Shown: positions 39,521 to 53,158 of the stretch, piece by piece
How positions within the stretch are numbered: position 1 is the first letter of the stretch
Layout: the number at the start of each line of letters is the position of its first letter
Source of the DNA: Eledone cirrhosa
Taxonomy: Eukaryota
Length of the DNA: 64,000 nt
NCBI GenBank assembly: GCA_964016885.1
Contig: OZ024742.1
Span: 2,108,001 to 2,172,000 of the forward strand
Reading direction: 5' to 3'
Translations under genes and position numbers: made by a program
Notes under the pieces: model-generated
The model's input: only the letters and a program-made list of their open reading frames with translations
Told to the model about the DNA's origin: nothing
The model's database searches: none

Positions 39521-39947
39521 GAGAATCAGTCGTATTTCCTTTTTTTAATGGAAGGTAAGACAATCATATTGATAAATCAATTCATATCTAGAAAATCAAC
39601 GAGACATTAACCAGTTATGGGCCTTCCGCCTCAACGTTCAGTCTAGTTATCTCCCTTGTATCTATATTGTACCGTCACTCTACTTATCTCTATATCTCCC
39701 CCTCCAGCCTCATCAACACTCTCTTTCATATCTCTTTCTCTCTTTCTTCCACTTTATACACACACACACACTCCCGCGCGCGCGCACACTCACGCATATA
39801 TGTAACAACACAATCGGTACAGTATATGGAAGGGAAATATTAGGTTAACGCTTGATATAGCAGGAAGAGGGTCTTAACGTTTCGGACGCTAATTATATAT
39901 AAAGAGAGAGAGTGAAAGAGAGATATATTCAGAGAGAGCGCTTTAGA

Positions 39948-39991
<44 letters not shown>

Positions 39992-40221
39992 CTTTTTAGA
40001 AGGGAAAAGAAAAGAAAGTAAAAAGGAAACAATGACCAGACAGCAAAACCTGGAGAACAACTACAGATTGTCTCACACCAATATCTTATGCCTGTGTGAA
40101 CTGGTAGTGTGTGTGTGTGTGTGTGTGTGTGTGCGTCTACACATTTATTCTTTGCTTAAATTTGTTCTTATAATAAATATATATGTATGTATATATTTAT
40201 ATACTGCATATATATATATAT

Positions 40222-40300
<79 letters not shown>

Positions 40301-40517
40301 GTATATATATATGTATATATATATATAAAGTGTTTCCGTAGGACGGGTAGATATATAACGAAGGAAGCGTGGTAATGAACCAGATGGACCATAACGCACC
40401 AGAGTACTCAATACTTAGGGTAGTAGAGTGGATAATAGGAAAAGGTTTAACCCCGACGGCAAAGCTAAAGCCGTTCAGACGAAACGGCTTGAGCTCTGCG
40501 TCAGGGTTAAACTTTTT

Positions 40518-40724
<207 letters not shown>

Positions 40725-40989
40725 ATAGAAACTGATAGATAGACAGATAGATAATAGATACATAGATAGATATATTTCTTTATTTACCATAAAGGCACAA
40801 AAAGAAGGGACAAATACAAAGGGGGAGTTTACATACAATCGAGTAAAAAGGGTGTAACATGAAAATAATCGAAAATAACCTCAAAAGGGAGGGGACGTGA
40901 TGGGGGTTGCACACACCCCCGAAAAAGTGTGCAATCCTTTGCCCGGGGAGCACATGGAGAAGGTGCTCCCCTCTCCTTTACTTCTTTAC

Positions 40990-43900
40990 CTACAGGATGG
41001 TATACAGAGAAGGCCCATTTACACGAGCCATTCTCGCCACTATCACCCACCTTTCATAAAACTGCCTGTGGCCAAGCACCTCTCTCTCCATTCTTATCCT
41101 TCTTCCGAAGTGATATCGGAAGAAGTAGACCAGACTATGGCCAGAGAGGAAGTTGCCTGACCTCAGACCTTTCAATCGTGTCCACCAAACAACCTCTTTC
41201 AACATGGCTATTACGCACAGAAAAACCACTTTTGCTTCCTTTGTGAAGAGGGGAGGCGGTTTGATTGTCATCACGGACTCAGCGGTCAATTGAATCGGCG
41301 CCACCCGCGACAGCAGTCGTTCGGCGTAGCCCCACAGATCAGCCACGCCCGGACATTGCACCAATGCGTGCGCAACGGTTTCTTCGTGACGCACGCATCT
41401 AGGGCAAATCTTTTTTGAGGGATCCTTGCCCGGGCACCCGTGTCTGTAGAGCCTCTCTCGAACGGGTAGAGCACCTCGGTAGCACTGCCAGGCCAGTGAC
41501 TTCTGGAAGTTTTCCATTGGTCCTGGGCCGAAAGTCCTACCGAACAGGCTGGCCAGTTCGTCTTCTTCCATGTCCAGCGACTCTCCAAGGGTGTCATCGC
41601 CCCTGCTAGCCACCAGCCCTCTATAGAATGATGAGGTGGATTCTCCACCGATGGCCTGGCCCGCTTGCCAGAGAGCCCTGAGCGCCTGAGCACACTCAGT
41701 GTGCCAGTCTCCCAGTTTTCCGGATCTTTGCTTGACCCAGGACTGTAGCCCGGTGAGCGAGACGAGTCTCGGAAAGGCTCGTTCCACGAACGGAGCCCAC
41801 ACCGGTTGACCAGTGAGGAATACCTGTAGGTGCCGTAGCCTTAATGCGTGCCTACGCATCATCAACCACGGCATCCCCAGCCCTCCTTTCGAAGGTTGTT
41901 GGTAGCAGATGGATCTTCTCACCATAGGAGGGCGCTTCTTCCAAAGAAATTGGAAGAGCATGCGTTCCATGGTGGTGAGTGTTTCCTTAGGGCAAGGCAC
42001 GACAGTCAGGCGGTAGTAAGTGACGGACGCTATGTAAATGTTCGCCACCTCCGCCCGGCCTTTTAGGGACAGCTTACACTTGGCCCATTTCTGGGTTAGT
42101 GCAAACACCTTGTTCGTAACCTCGTTCCAGTTCTTTTCCACCTGGAGGTCCGGTCCAAACCAGACCCCAAGCAACTTTACCGGGCCCTCCGTCCAGTGTC
42201 CGATGACACCGTCGGGAGGCATCGGTCTGCCTCTCCACGTTCCGAGTTGCAGCCCGATGAATTTTTCCCGGTTCAGTTTCGCTCCTGACAACCTTTCGTA
42301 ATCCTCCAGTAAGGTACCGATCGCCTCGATCTCCGAGTCGGTTGATACCATTACTGTTACGTCATCGGCGTAGGCCGACACCGCTTTGCTCAATCCTGGT
42401 TCCAGGGGGATACTCTGCAACAACTCCAACTTCCTCAGTAAAGGCTCGAGAGTCAATACGTACAGAAGGGAGGAGAGAGGGCACCCCTGTCGAATGGATC
42501 GTGTGATTTCGAACGGCTTCGAAAGGTAGCCGTTCACCTTGATCCTAGAACAGATGTGGTTGCTATGTAAGGCAGTGATCCAGCCTCTGAAAACAGGACC
42601 GAACCCAGCCGCCGCTAGCACCGCATCCAGGTAACCATGGTCGACCCTATCGAAGGCCTTAGACTGATCCAAGTTGATTAGGGCCCCACCGAAGCCGGGT
42701 TTGTTGCCAACCCTCTCTATGATGTATCGCATGAGGTGGAGGCTATCGTGAATGGACCTGGATGGGATAGCACATGTCTGCGCATCTCCCACCAGGCCAC
42801 CCACGACAAGCGCCAACCTCTTTGCTAACACCTTGGCCAAAATCTTTAACTCTGTGTTTAGCAGGGTTATGGGCCGAAAATTATTTATACTATCTCCCTT
42901 GTTCTCGTCCTTCCTCACCAGCGTGACTACGCCCTTGGCTACAGAACAAGGAATTCTCCCGTTCTGCTGCCAATTGCAGTAGACCGCTTCGAGGAGTTCG
43001 GAGAAGAAGACCGGCATTGCTAAATAAAGTTCGTAAGGTATACCATCGAGACCCGGAGATTTGCGTCTGCTGCATTGGCTCAGCGCATCTCCGAACTCAT
43101 CAGCCGAGATTGGTCCCTCGCAGGACTCTGCCTCTTCGCTCGAGAGACGCGGCAGGCCGTCGAGGTATGGACCGAAATCCACGCCCCCGCCCGGACCCTC
43201 GCCTCCCCCGAACAATCGGGCAAAGTGCCTTTGAAAGGCCTCGCACATCTGCTTAGGCTCCCGGATCACCCGTCCATCTTCGTCTTGCAACGACCGGATG
43301 GTGGATCGATTTCCACTCTTAGCTTCTGTCACGCGGGCCCAGCCAACGGCTTTGGCCCCCTCATTACCTAGAGCACGTATTTTACTTCGAATGACGCAGC
43401 CTTCGTGCTTTGCATCGAAAAACTGGTTCAAGGCCGTCCTCGATGCCAGCACTCTGGCCACATCTTCGCTCTTGATTGCCTCTTCTAATTTACCTGTTAA
43501 TTCTTTCTCGTTTCTATTCCTATCGGCAGCTAACATCTTGCTATAACTTATTGATTCTGTTCTAATCTCTCTTTCGAGAGATGCCCACCATCGGTTGTTG
43601 ACGATTGCACCCGTCAACCTCTCCTTAACTAATCTGCTAATCCGGTTTCTGTAAGTCTCTTTTGCCGGTAAAGACAAATTAAGTTTCCAGTAACCGGGAC
43701 CCTGTTTATGTGTTTTCTCGAGATTGACTACGCAGGTCACTAATTTGTGATCCGTATAGCCAACCGTGCGCATTTCTGGACAGCTTAATATGTCCCTATC
43801 CTTACTTCTAACTAAGAATCTATCTAAGTACGATCTAGATTGACCACTGTGGTTTCTCCAAGTCCAGGTAGGCACAGTTGGAAAATCTAGTCGATATCTA

Positions 43901-44426
43901 TCGACCAAGTTAAAACGGTCGAGTAACCCCTTGAGGCTGTTACACCCCCCTCTATTAGGACATGCTCCTGCATATTCCCAACGTGCATCTAGGATGTCAT
44001 TCCAATCCCCCGCTAGAAGCAGGGAACGCGACGTTCCCAGAAAAGTCTCCAAACGCTGGAAGAAGTCGGGCCGTTCAGCTCCGAAAGGGGAGTAGACGGC
44101 GACCAGTCTCAAGGCCGCACTTTCACTACTGCCAACGTCTAGCACCAACAAACGACCCTCCGGGTCCGAGTACACAACCTGTACGGCAAGACCCAGGTGT
44201 TTTTGCAGCAGTACGACAACCCCACCCCACCTCCAGGTTGACAGAGAGATACATGCACCTCAAAGTCATCGAAAGTGGGGGCCAGCTGCCGCACGACGCT
44301 GATTCGAGTCTCACAGATAACCATTACATTTATACGACATGACCTGAGGTCATTTAGAAGCTTTGCTTGCTTCCAAGTTGAGCCCAGGCCACGTGCATTC
44401 AAACATCCTACTCTTAACACATCCAT
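40990..44426 (-). CDS. Tx1-like ORF2: APE endonuclease + reverse transcriptase + C-terminal CCHC zinc finger; one frameshift near 44220
   Basis: CLNARGL, ICET, VAVYSP, AGDWN, SYLDRF, TDH; KSPGLDG, FRPITLLN, LDQSKAFDRV, RQGCPLS, AYADD; CPRC..ETVAHALVQC. Confidence 0.93.
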
Positions 44427-44459
44427 GTGGGCGGCAGAGCCAAAGGAGAGTGTAGAGAC

Positions 44460-46338
44460 CTACCTTTCCGCTTCCCGGGGTTCGGGTTGCACGATTTCCA
44501 TGGGGTCGGGGGTGTTGGGTGAAGGGGTGTCTTGTGGTGGTGTGGGGTCGTCAGTGTGTGGTGGGGTTGGGGTGTTTGGAGTTGTGTTGGGGAGGGGAAG
44601 GGGAGGGGGAAAGCTTTTTAGTAGGACGCGGTTTATGGGTTTGACAGAGGGTGGTCCTACGTCCTCCTTAAAATCCTTTTTTAGTTTTTGGTAGAGGTTC
44701 ATTGGGATCTTTATTAATTTTAAATGTGGGTAGTTTTCTGAAGAAACAAAGTTTACACCTTCGGTTTGTACCGAAGGATTATTGTTTATGAGTTCATTTA
44801 ATTTATTATTGTTTCTGTTGATGTAAGTATAGTGTAATGTCTTTTTTTCGGATGGTGTGAGTGTTTCGAAGAGGGGAGGGGCAGGTTTGGTTTTGTTTGT
44901 TGCTGGAGGGGTGTTTTCTGTTTTGTTTGATTGTGTTGAGATTTGGGTGGGGGTTGTTTGGCCTTGTGTGTTTTGCACATGTTTTCTTTTTTTCCTTTTA
45001 ATCTGTCTGAAGGACTCCGTTTCTTCCTCCGAATTCGTTGGGTTATCTTCAGTGTTGGAGGGAAGAGGTATGTTTGCTGGTAATGTTTCCGTGTTGGTTT
45101 TCTTTGTGGGGGAGATGGATGTCACTATGTTAGACTGTGTTGTGTGTTGTGTCTGTGGTGGTTGTGTTGTTTTATTGAGTGAGAGGTTGGGTGGGCCTGT
45201 ATTCTGTTTTGGGGCAATGTGTTGTGACTGTTTGTGTTGTGGTGGTGGTGTGGTTTTACTGAGGGACGGGTTGGGTGGGACTGAGTTTTGTTGTTTGTTT
45301 ATCTGTTGTGGTGGTGGTGGTGGAGCTGGTGTTGGTAGCAGGGTTTTCTTTTTGTTGAGTTGGGGACAAGCGGCCTTCAGGTGCCCTCTGCCTGCACAGA
45401 TATGGCAGGACGGCCTTCTCCCCTCCACGCTAATGTTTATATACCCGTGGCCCTCTAATAGGATTCTGTCGGGTATTTGGGCGATGCGTTCAGGCTTCAT
45501 TTGCACTACCAGCTCTATACCTGTTCCACTGAACGCATTGCCTGTGGTTTTCCCAATGGAAATCACGTTGTCATTCACTGGATCGATGAAGCCAGCTATG
45601 AGCCAGCAGTAGTCCACATCTGGCATCATTGCATCCAGCCATATGCGTTGAGTTCTTTTACCCATATAAGATGGATAAAAGGTAAAATTTTTCGAACGAA
45701 TCGGTGACAAAGAAACATTTTTTTGCCGCCGATTCGTTCTTCATGATAATTGCCAGGCTTCCATACAGTCTGTCTTTTCTTATGAAAGTGGTTTCATTAA
45801 GTACTTCTGTGAGTACTGTTTTGATATCTGCTTGAGAAGGCTGTTCAGGTTTTTTTGTAGTGTTGTTGATGGTGCGGAACTTGACCGTTCGGCTTTCAAT
45901 GTCTTTGGTGAATTCTTGAGGCATTTTTACCGATAAAATACCATTCTCTCCTTCACTTATGTATTGTTTGGCGTCTGTGATTCTTCGTGCCACATCTGAA
46001 ATATTTTCGGGTATATAAGTCAAAGATTTCTTTGTTGTTTGTGCAAATGAAATCTTGACTCTGTCGTCTGCTTTGCTTTCTGCTATGGTGTTATTTTCAA
46101 ATGTTATTTTTGTGTTTGTTGTGTCTTTGTTTGTGGTGTTAGTATTGTCATGCAATTTTTCAAATTTTTTTTTTTCGTTGTTGGAATCCATGTCCAGATT
46201 TGTGTTTTCGTCATTTTTCTCCGCAGATTCGTCTGTTTTTATTTTAATTTTACCTTCCTTCTCTATGACGTTAGTTGGGAAGGAAGGGGGGACTAAAGCG
46301 TGCGAGCTTACAACTCTTACCGCTGTCCCCCCCACCAC
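44460..46338 (-). CDS. Tx1-like ORF1 (gag-like, zinc knuckle); one frameshift near 45720; start uncertain
   Basis: VEGRRPSCHICAGRGHLKAACP (CX2CX4HX4C) and a P/T-rich tail; joined from ORFs 45658-46338 and 44460-45710. Confidence 0.85.
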
Positions 46339-46614
46339 TATTTTCGTTCGCTTCGTTCAACATTTCTGTCAGACGATTGAAATTTTTTTTGTTGCCACAA
46401 AATTTTAAAAAACAGGTTTTTCACCTCTAGGAGGGGTAAAGATGAGCTGACCCACCGTCTGACAGTTCAGACGGGGGGTCAAGCTACACAATAGTATCAA
46501 AATTAAATTTGAACTCACAAAATTTCCGCAATAAATTTGAACAAAACTTCTGCGCGAAGTGAATTACATCTACGTTGTAGAACAGACGACAGCTAGATGA
46601 ATAGATACATAGAT

Positions 46615-47251
46615 ATGTTTCTTTTATTTGCCACCAGGGCATCAAAAGTGGGACAAGTACAATGGGGTGAGTTTACAAAACAAGGCGTCCTCAATAAGGA
46701 GGAGGCAATAACAATATATAAAAATAAAATAAAATATAAGAAAAAATAAAATTTATAACAAAGTCCTCAATAGAGAGGAGGCGCCTTGGGGGGTCGCACA
46801 CACCCCCGAAAAAAGTGTGCAACCCTTCTCCTCAGGAGCACAGAGAAGGGGTGCTCCCTTGGTCTTTCATCTTCCTCACCTATAGTCTGATGTAGAGTGA
46901 AGGCCCATTCACACGGGCCATTCTCGCCACTTTCACCCATCTTTCATAGAAACGGCTGGGGTGCAGCACCTCTCTCTCCATCCTGATCCTTCTTCCGAAA
47001 TGATATCGGAAGAAACGGACCAGTTGTTGGCCAGAGAGAAAGGTGTCTGACCTTAGTCCTTTCAGACGCGTCCACCATACAACCTCTTTCGCCATGGCTA
47101 TTACGCACAGAAACACCGCCTCTCCTTCGTTTTTGAAGAGGGAGGCGGCTTGATCGTTACAATAGACTCGGTGGTCAACCGGATCGGTCCCACCCTTGAC
47201 AGCAGTTGTTCGACATAGCCCCACAGATCGGCAATGCCCGAGCAGTGTACC
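46615..47251 (-). mobile_element. Tx1-like element, 5'-truncated second copy
   Basis: C-terminus VFLCVIAMAKEVVWWTRLKG..VARMARVNGPSLY matches the end of ORF2; (GATA)n at 47252-47300. Confidence 0.88.
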
Positions 47252-47299
47252 ATAGATACATAGATAGATAGATAGATAGATAGAAGTAGATAGACAGAT

Positions 47300-50200
47300 A
47301 TCTTTCTTTATTTGCCACAGGGGCGTACAAAAATGGGACATTACAAGACGTGACGGCGGGGGTTATACATAAAAATAACTTTAACATTAATAAATAACAA
47401 TAAACTATATATAATAAAATAATAGGGGGGAACGTTACTGCGGGGTTGTTTTACACCCCGTGGATAGAACAACCCTCAACACCAGGAACACGTTTTGTAG
47501 GTGTTCCTGTCTTCCCTCTGTTTATCTTCCTCAACCTACAGGTTTATATACAGAGAAGGCTCATTCACTCGGGCGATTATCGCCACATTCACCCACCTTT
47601 CAGCGAATTTACTGCGGTGTAGCACCTCCCTCTCTCCACTCCCACCTTTATTCTGAAGTGGTACTTAAAGAAGGCGATGAGTTGTTGTCCGGAGAGAAAG
47701 GTGCTTGCCCTCAGTCATTTTAACCTCGTCCACCATATTACCTCTTTCGCCATAGCCACCAGACAGAGGAAAACCGCCTCTCCTTCATTCTTAAATGAAG
47801 GCGGCTAGCACTCGAGGTACCAGGCACCCATTTTCGGTTTTCGCTTGACCCAGGACTGCAGCACTGTTAGTGAGACGAGTTGTGGAAGAGCTTGTCTAAC
47901 AAACGACAGCCACACCTGTTCACCGGTCAGGAATACCTAGAGATGGCGTAGCCTCAGCGCGTGTTTGCACATCATCAGCCACGGCATGCCAAACCCTCCG
48001 TTAAAAGAGTGTTGACAGCAGATGGATCTCCTCACCAATGGAGCCTGTTTCTTCCAGAGGAACTTGAAGAGTAGGCATTCCATTTTGGTAAGGTATTCGC
48101 GGGGACAAGGCACGACTGTCAAGCGGTAGTAGATGACGGACGCTATGTAAGTGTTCGCCACCTCCGCTCGACCTTTCAAGGAGAGTTTGCACTCAGCCCA
48201 CTTCTGGGTGAGTGCAAACACCTTCGCCGTGACCTCATTCCAGTTCTTGTCCACCTGGAGGTCTGGAACAAACCAGACCCCGAGAAATTTCACCGGTCCT
48301 TCCGTCCAGCGCCCAACGACACTGTCGGAAGGCATAGGTTTGCCTCTCCGTGTGCCGAGTTGCAAACCGATAGACTTGTTTGGGCCTAGTCTTGCTCCTG
48401 TCAACGGCTCGAGAGTCAGTACATACAGAATGGAGCAGAGAGGGCATCCATGACGGATGGAACGTATGATTTGGAATGGCTCTGATAGGTAGCCATTCAC
48501 CTTGATTGCTGAGTAGATGCTGGTGTGCATGGCAGCGATCCAGCCTCTGAAAACGGGATCGAAGCCGGCCGCCTTGAGAACCGCTTCCAAGTATTGATGG
48601 TTGACCCTATCAAAGGCCTTAGACTTATCTAAATTGATCAGAGCCCCACCGAAGCCCGGTTTACACCCTACCCTCTCTATGATGTATCGCATGAGGTGGA
48701 GGTTGTCTTGTTTGCACACGTTTGCGCTTCCCCTACCAGGTTCTCGACGACAAGCGCCAACCTCGCTGCTAACACCTTGGCCAAAATCTTTAACGCTGTG
48801 TTGAGCAGAGTTATGGGCCTGAAATTGCTTATCTCATCCCCCTTGTTCTCATCTTTCCTGATCAGCGTTACTACACCTCTGCCTACAGAACTGGGAATCC
48901 TCTCGTTCTGCTGCCAGTTGCAGTAGACCATCTAAACAGAGTGATTTGCGTTTCCCGCAGCGGCAAGGGGTATCTTCTATTTCGCCCGCTGTGATCGGCC
49001 TTTCGCAGCTCTCCGCATCCGGCTCGAGAGCCGTGTATGCCGTGGAGGTAGGAGCTGAAGTCCATCACCTTGCTCGACGTACCGCTTTGCCCGAACAGTT
49101 GTGCAAAATGCTGTTGGAAGGCCGTGCACATCTGCTTGGATTCAAGTATAATGCGTCTATCTTTGTCTTGCAAAGACCGAATTGTGGATTTGTTTCCACT
49201 TTTCGCCTCTGCCACTTGGGCCCAGCTAACAGCTTTGGCTCCCTCGTTTCTTAGAGCACGTGTTCTACTTCTGACAATACAACCTTCGTGTTTCACGTTG
49301 AAGAACTGGTCTAGTGCCGTTCTCGCTGTACTGCCATTCCTAAGTGCCTCTTCTACTTTAGCTACCAGTTCCTTTTCAGTTTTATTTTTTTCTAAAGCTA
49401 CTTCCTTGCTAAATGCTATCGATTCTATTCTAATTGCTCTCTTGAGAGAGCTCCACCACCTGTTGTTGACGATCAACTGGCACTTAACTAAGGTGCTAAT
49501 CCGTTTACTGTAGGCCTTACGCGCCGGGAGCGACATGTTTAGCTTCCAGTATCCGGGTCCCTGTCTATGTATTCTATCAAGGTTGACTATGCAGGTGACT
49601 AATTTGTGGTCTGAATAGGCAACCATATGCATTTGTGGACAGCTTAATGTTTCCTTATCATTCTGTCTAATTAAAAATATATCTAAATACGATCTAGAAG
49701 ACCCAGTGCGGTTGCTCCACGTCCACAGTGGTGAACTTGGGAAGTCTAGTCGATATCTATCAGCCAGTTGGAATTGGCTGATGAGATGTTTGAGGCTATT
49801 ACACCCCCTCTACTATTACAAGCTCCTACATAGTCGCAACGTGCATCTAAGATGCCATTCTAGTCCCCCGCTAACACTAAGGAGCGAGGCGTTCCCAGGA
49901 ATGGCTCCAGACGCTTGAAGAACTCTGGTCCCGATGTCCCAGTCGGGGCATATACAGCCACCAGTCTGAAAGCTCCACCTTCACTACCATTCACGTCCAG
50001 GACTACCAGGGTGCCCTCCGAGTCCAAGTGAATCGTCTGTATTTTGAATCCATGTTTTTTCGAAAGAGAACAGCAAATCCCCCTCCACTCCTGGCTGACA
50101 GAGAGATGCGTAGATCTCAAAATCATCGAACATGGGGGTTAGCTACATCTATACAATGTGACCTGTGATCATTTAAAAGCTGGCCCTGTTTCCAGGACAT

Positions 50201-51128
50201 GCCCATGCTACGTACATTCAAACATCCAGCTTGTACAGTCGCCATGTTGGTGAAGAAGAGTTAAGGAGAGAAAAGGCAGGAACACTTACCTTTTCGTTTC
50301 CTGGAGGTCGGGTTGTTCGATCTCCATGTCCATATTGGTGGTGTTTGGGGAGGGAGGGAATCCTTTTAGCAGGACACGGTTAAGGGTTTTTTGGCAAGGG
50401 GGGCTCATATCATGTGGGAAGTTCTTTTATAAAGTTTCGTACTGTAGGGTTGTTACCCTGATAAGTTTGAGGTTTGGGGGTGGGTCGTTCGTGGGGAAGG
50501 TTTTCCCTTCCATTTGTATTGTGGAGTCCTTTCGGACAGTTTCCACCAGTTCTTTGTTTCTTGATTTTATGTATGTGTAATGTGTTTTGTTTTTTATGTG
50601 TACTATTTCTGTTTGTAGTTTTCTTTTTGAGATTGGGGTTTGTGATTGTAGTGGTGTGGGTGTTTGTTTTGTTGGAGAAGTGTCTGGTTGTGTTGTTGGT
50701 GTGGTTGTCATTTGTGGCGGTATGTTTATGTCAATGTTGGGTGTGTGCGTGTTTTCAGTTGATGTTTTTGTTGTATTTTTTTTCTGTCTTTTTTGCTTCT
50801 TGGATTTTTTGGGTTAGCCCCTTCATCCTCACTTGGAGATGTTGAGGTTCCCGTGTCTGAGGTGTTATTGTGGGTAGGTGGGAGGGGTATGTTGTGTGGT
50901 AGTGGAGTGTTTGTGTGTGCGATGGTGGGAGTGTTGGACTGAGGGGGAAGGGGTGGGACAGAGTCCTTCAGGGGAATTTTTGGTGTGGTGTCTTTTGTGG
51001 TTTGTGATAGTTGGGTGAATGTTGATGATTTGGGGGTTGTGTTTTTTGTTTTCGGGTGTGTCTGTTGTAGTTTTGAGGTTGGCAACAACGCCTTCTTTTG
51101 TTTTTCCACATCCAGCATTGGGCAAAAT
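47300..51128 (-). pseudogene. Tx1-like element, third copy, degenerate ORF2 and 3' part of ORF1
   Basis: Fragments homologous to the first copy (FRLVAVYAP, SDHKLV, GPGYWKLN, FRPITLLN, LDKSKAFDRV); ends at (GATA)n 51129-51170. Confidence 0.9.
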
Positions 51129-51309
51129 GATAGATAGATAGGTATATAGATAGATAGATAGATAGATAGTTAGAACCTGATGTTAACAAATGCAACTAGG
51201 AAAACTGCGAAGTATTAGAAGACACCTAATTTCAGTTCCAAGAAGAACCTATCTTCAATACCAAAAACAACTTTTTCGTGTCACTTATAATTTTATATGT
51301 TATAACATA

Positions 51310-51525
51310 ATCATTTCTAGTATAGGCTCAAGGACAGCAATTTTGGGGGGAGGGGGAAGTCGATTAAATCGACCCCGGTGTATTTCTGGTACTTTATTTT
51401 ATCGACCCCGTAAGGATGAAAGGCAAAGTTAACCTCGGCGGGATTCGAACACAGACCGTAAAGGACCGTAACTCTATGCTGCAAAGCATGATGACCGACT
51501 CTCTACCGATACTGCCAATCCACCG
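51310..51525 (-). mobile_element. CORE-like tRNA SINE
   Basis: Same family as 29143-29330. Confidence 0.78.
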
Positions 51526-51794
51526 ATGTGCGTCTCAGGTCCGTCCTTTCTAGAATCCAGAAGTTGTTTTGGTCCAGGCCCGATAGTATATATTCACCAT
51601 AATCCACGTGTCACCGACACCAATACAAATAACGTATTGTGTACACTCTGGTACCGGTCTACCTTTAAATCTTACCTCATTGTGTGATGTGGGCAGCCGG
51701 GGCCATAGTGAATATAATTCCCAAGTCTTCGTTTAACCCTATATTATATCATACTTTATATATTATATTATATCATACTTTATAAATTATATTA

Positions 51795-53158
51795 TCTATA
51801 ATATAAAGCTGACGGCTGTATGTATGTAACAAACTTTTCGCCAAACGTCTGGACGAAACAGCATCAAATTTGCACCATAGATGTAACTTTTTCTAAGTAA
51901 AAAGGTGAGGATATTTTTGTCTACTGAATTTTGTTAAAAGATTAAAGATATTATTTAAATATTCACTTCTTTAAAATTTCAAATGTCAACACTTCCGGTT
52001 ATACGACATTCCTCACTTTTTCTTATGACGTCGCACAACATTCCCCTCTTTTTCTTAGTCTGTCTTTTTAGATAGATACATAGCTATAACGTAGCGCCCT
52101 TATAATATGTTTCTGTGTGTCTGGCTGTCTGCATTAGATAACGTTTTTTCTAAATATTTACTTCTGCGTTCACAGATTGATTTTTTTAGTTTCAGAAGAT
52201 CACGTTAAGGGTGAAAGCCTTTGCTTAAACTCTAATCTGTTATTTTAATATATATATTCGTGTACAGATATTTTTGCATACACAAAAACAAAGACCTATT
52301 TATTTCACGAAAGAACAGACGGCTTATCGACATTGTTACTGTTCGAGGTTAGAGGACCACAGTCTTTCCAAGATCTGAGAACCATCAATGGCCATCAATG
52401 TTCCACTTACTGTTAGGCTTGCCAGATGCGTGGTATGTTACATGATGACAGCCATTGACACCTCACCCTGCTAAATAACTAAAGTCCCTTCTCAGCTGCG
52501 AAAACTTTTTGCTATTATGCTGCACAACTGCGATCTCGCCGACCCTCTCGCACTGTGGAACAACCACCGCGAAAGTCTAAGTGAGGACACCCTCCACCGC
52601 ACACGCAGACACAATCCAAACGTAACATATGATGTCGTTTTCAATGAGGCGCTCATTTGTCTTGAAAACAGTGTCCAGAGGTCAACGTCTACAGAGCTTC
52701 TCCATGAGATGAGCTACGAGATCAATGCTTCTCCCATGGTCAATTGTATGTAGGATGCTCTAGGGTGAGCTCGCCAAACAATCTCTTCATCTTTACCCAG
52801 GAGGGTGTAACAAAACATATTGTATACTCTGAGGCTCTAACAATGTAATTTAAATATTTTCTGTTACTTGGAATTTCCATTATGGTTGTACAAATTATTG
52901 TTTGTTAAAAAATGTGTTCTATGTTCAGCCTTTATTGTTATAACTATCAATTTTCTTTAACGTACTGGCTGCTGAACTGGGGAATCCTAAAAACTATTCA
53001 AACCCAACATCAGACACGTTAACCCCCACCAACCCCCCATCCAAACCTCGCAGACTTGAGAGGGCGTGCGGTATCTTTGCACTGGAGTGGCGGGGGGATT
53101 TCTGAAAAGATAAAATGCCGGTATACCTAGCCGAGCACCAGCCGGACGAGCTAGCTAT
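51795..53158 (+). mobile_element. Internally deleted Helitron with RepHel remnants
   Basis: 5' TCTATAATATAAAG; remnants LLLFEVRGPQSFQDLRTING, LRKLFAIMLHNCDLADPLALWNNHRESLSED and the helicase C-terminus TKHIVYSEAL; 3' CCG..CCGG hairpin followed by CTAG/CTAT. Confidence 0.78.
52140..52252 (+). repeat. Solo fragment of the Penelope pLTR (HHR-like domain) inserted in the Helitron
   Basis: Homologous to 59030-59147. Confidence 0.75.

Larger units (their letters stand above)
40772..46588 (-). mobile_element. Tx1/L1-clade non-LTR retrotransposon, apparently full length, inserted in (GATA)n
   Basis: ORF1 + ORF2, 3' UTR ending AAATAAAGAAAT next to TCTA repeats, GATA-like repeats at both ends. Confidence 0.92.

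Noticed and set aside
45718-45724. A7 run as a programmed -1 ribosomal frameshift in Tx1 ORF1
   Set aside because: Joining the two ORFs needs the other frame (loss of one base), so a homopolymer indel is the simpler explanation.
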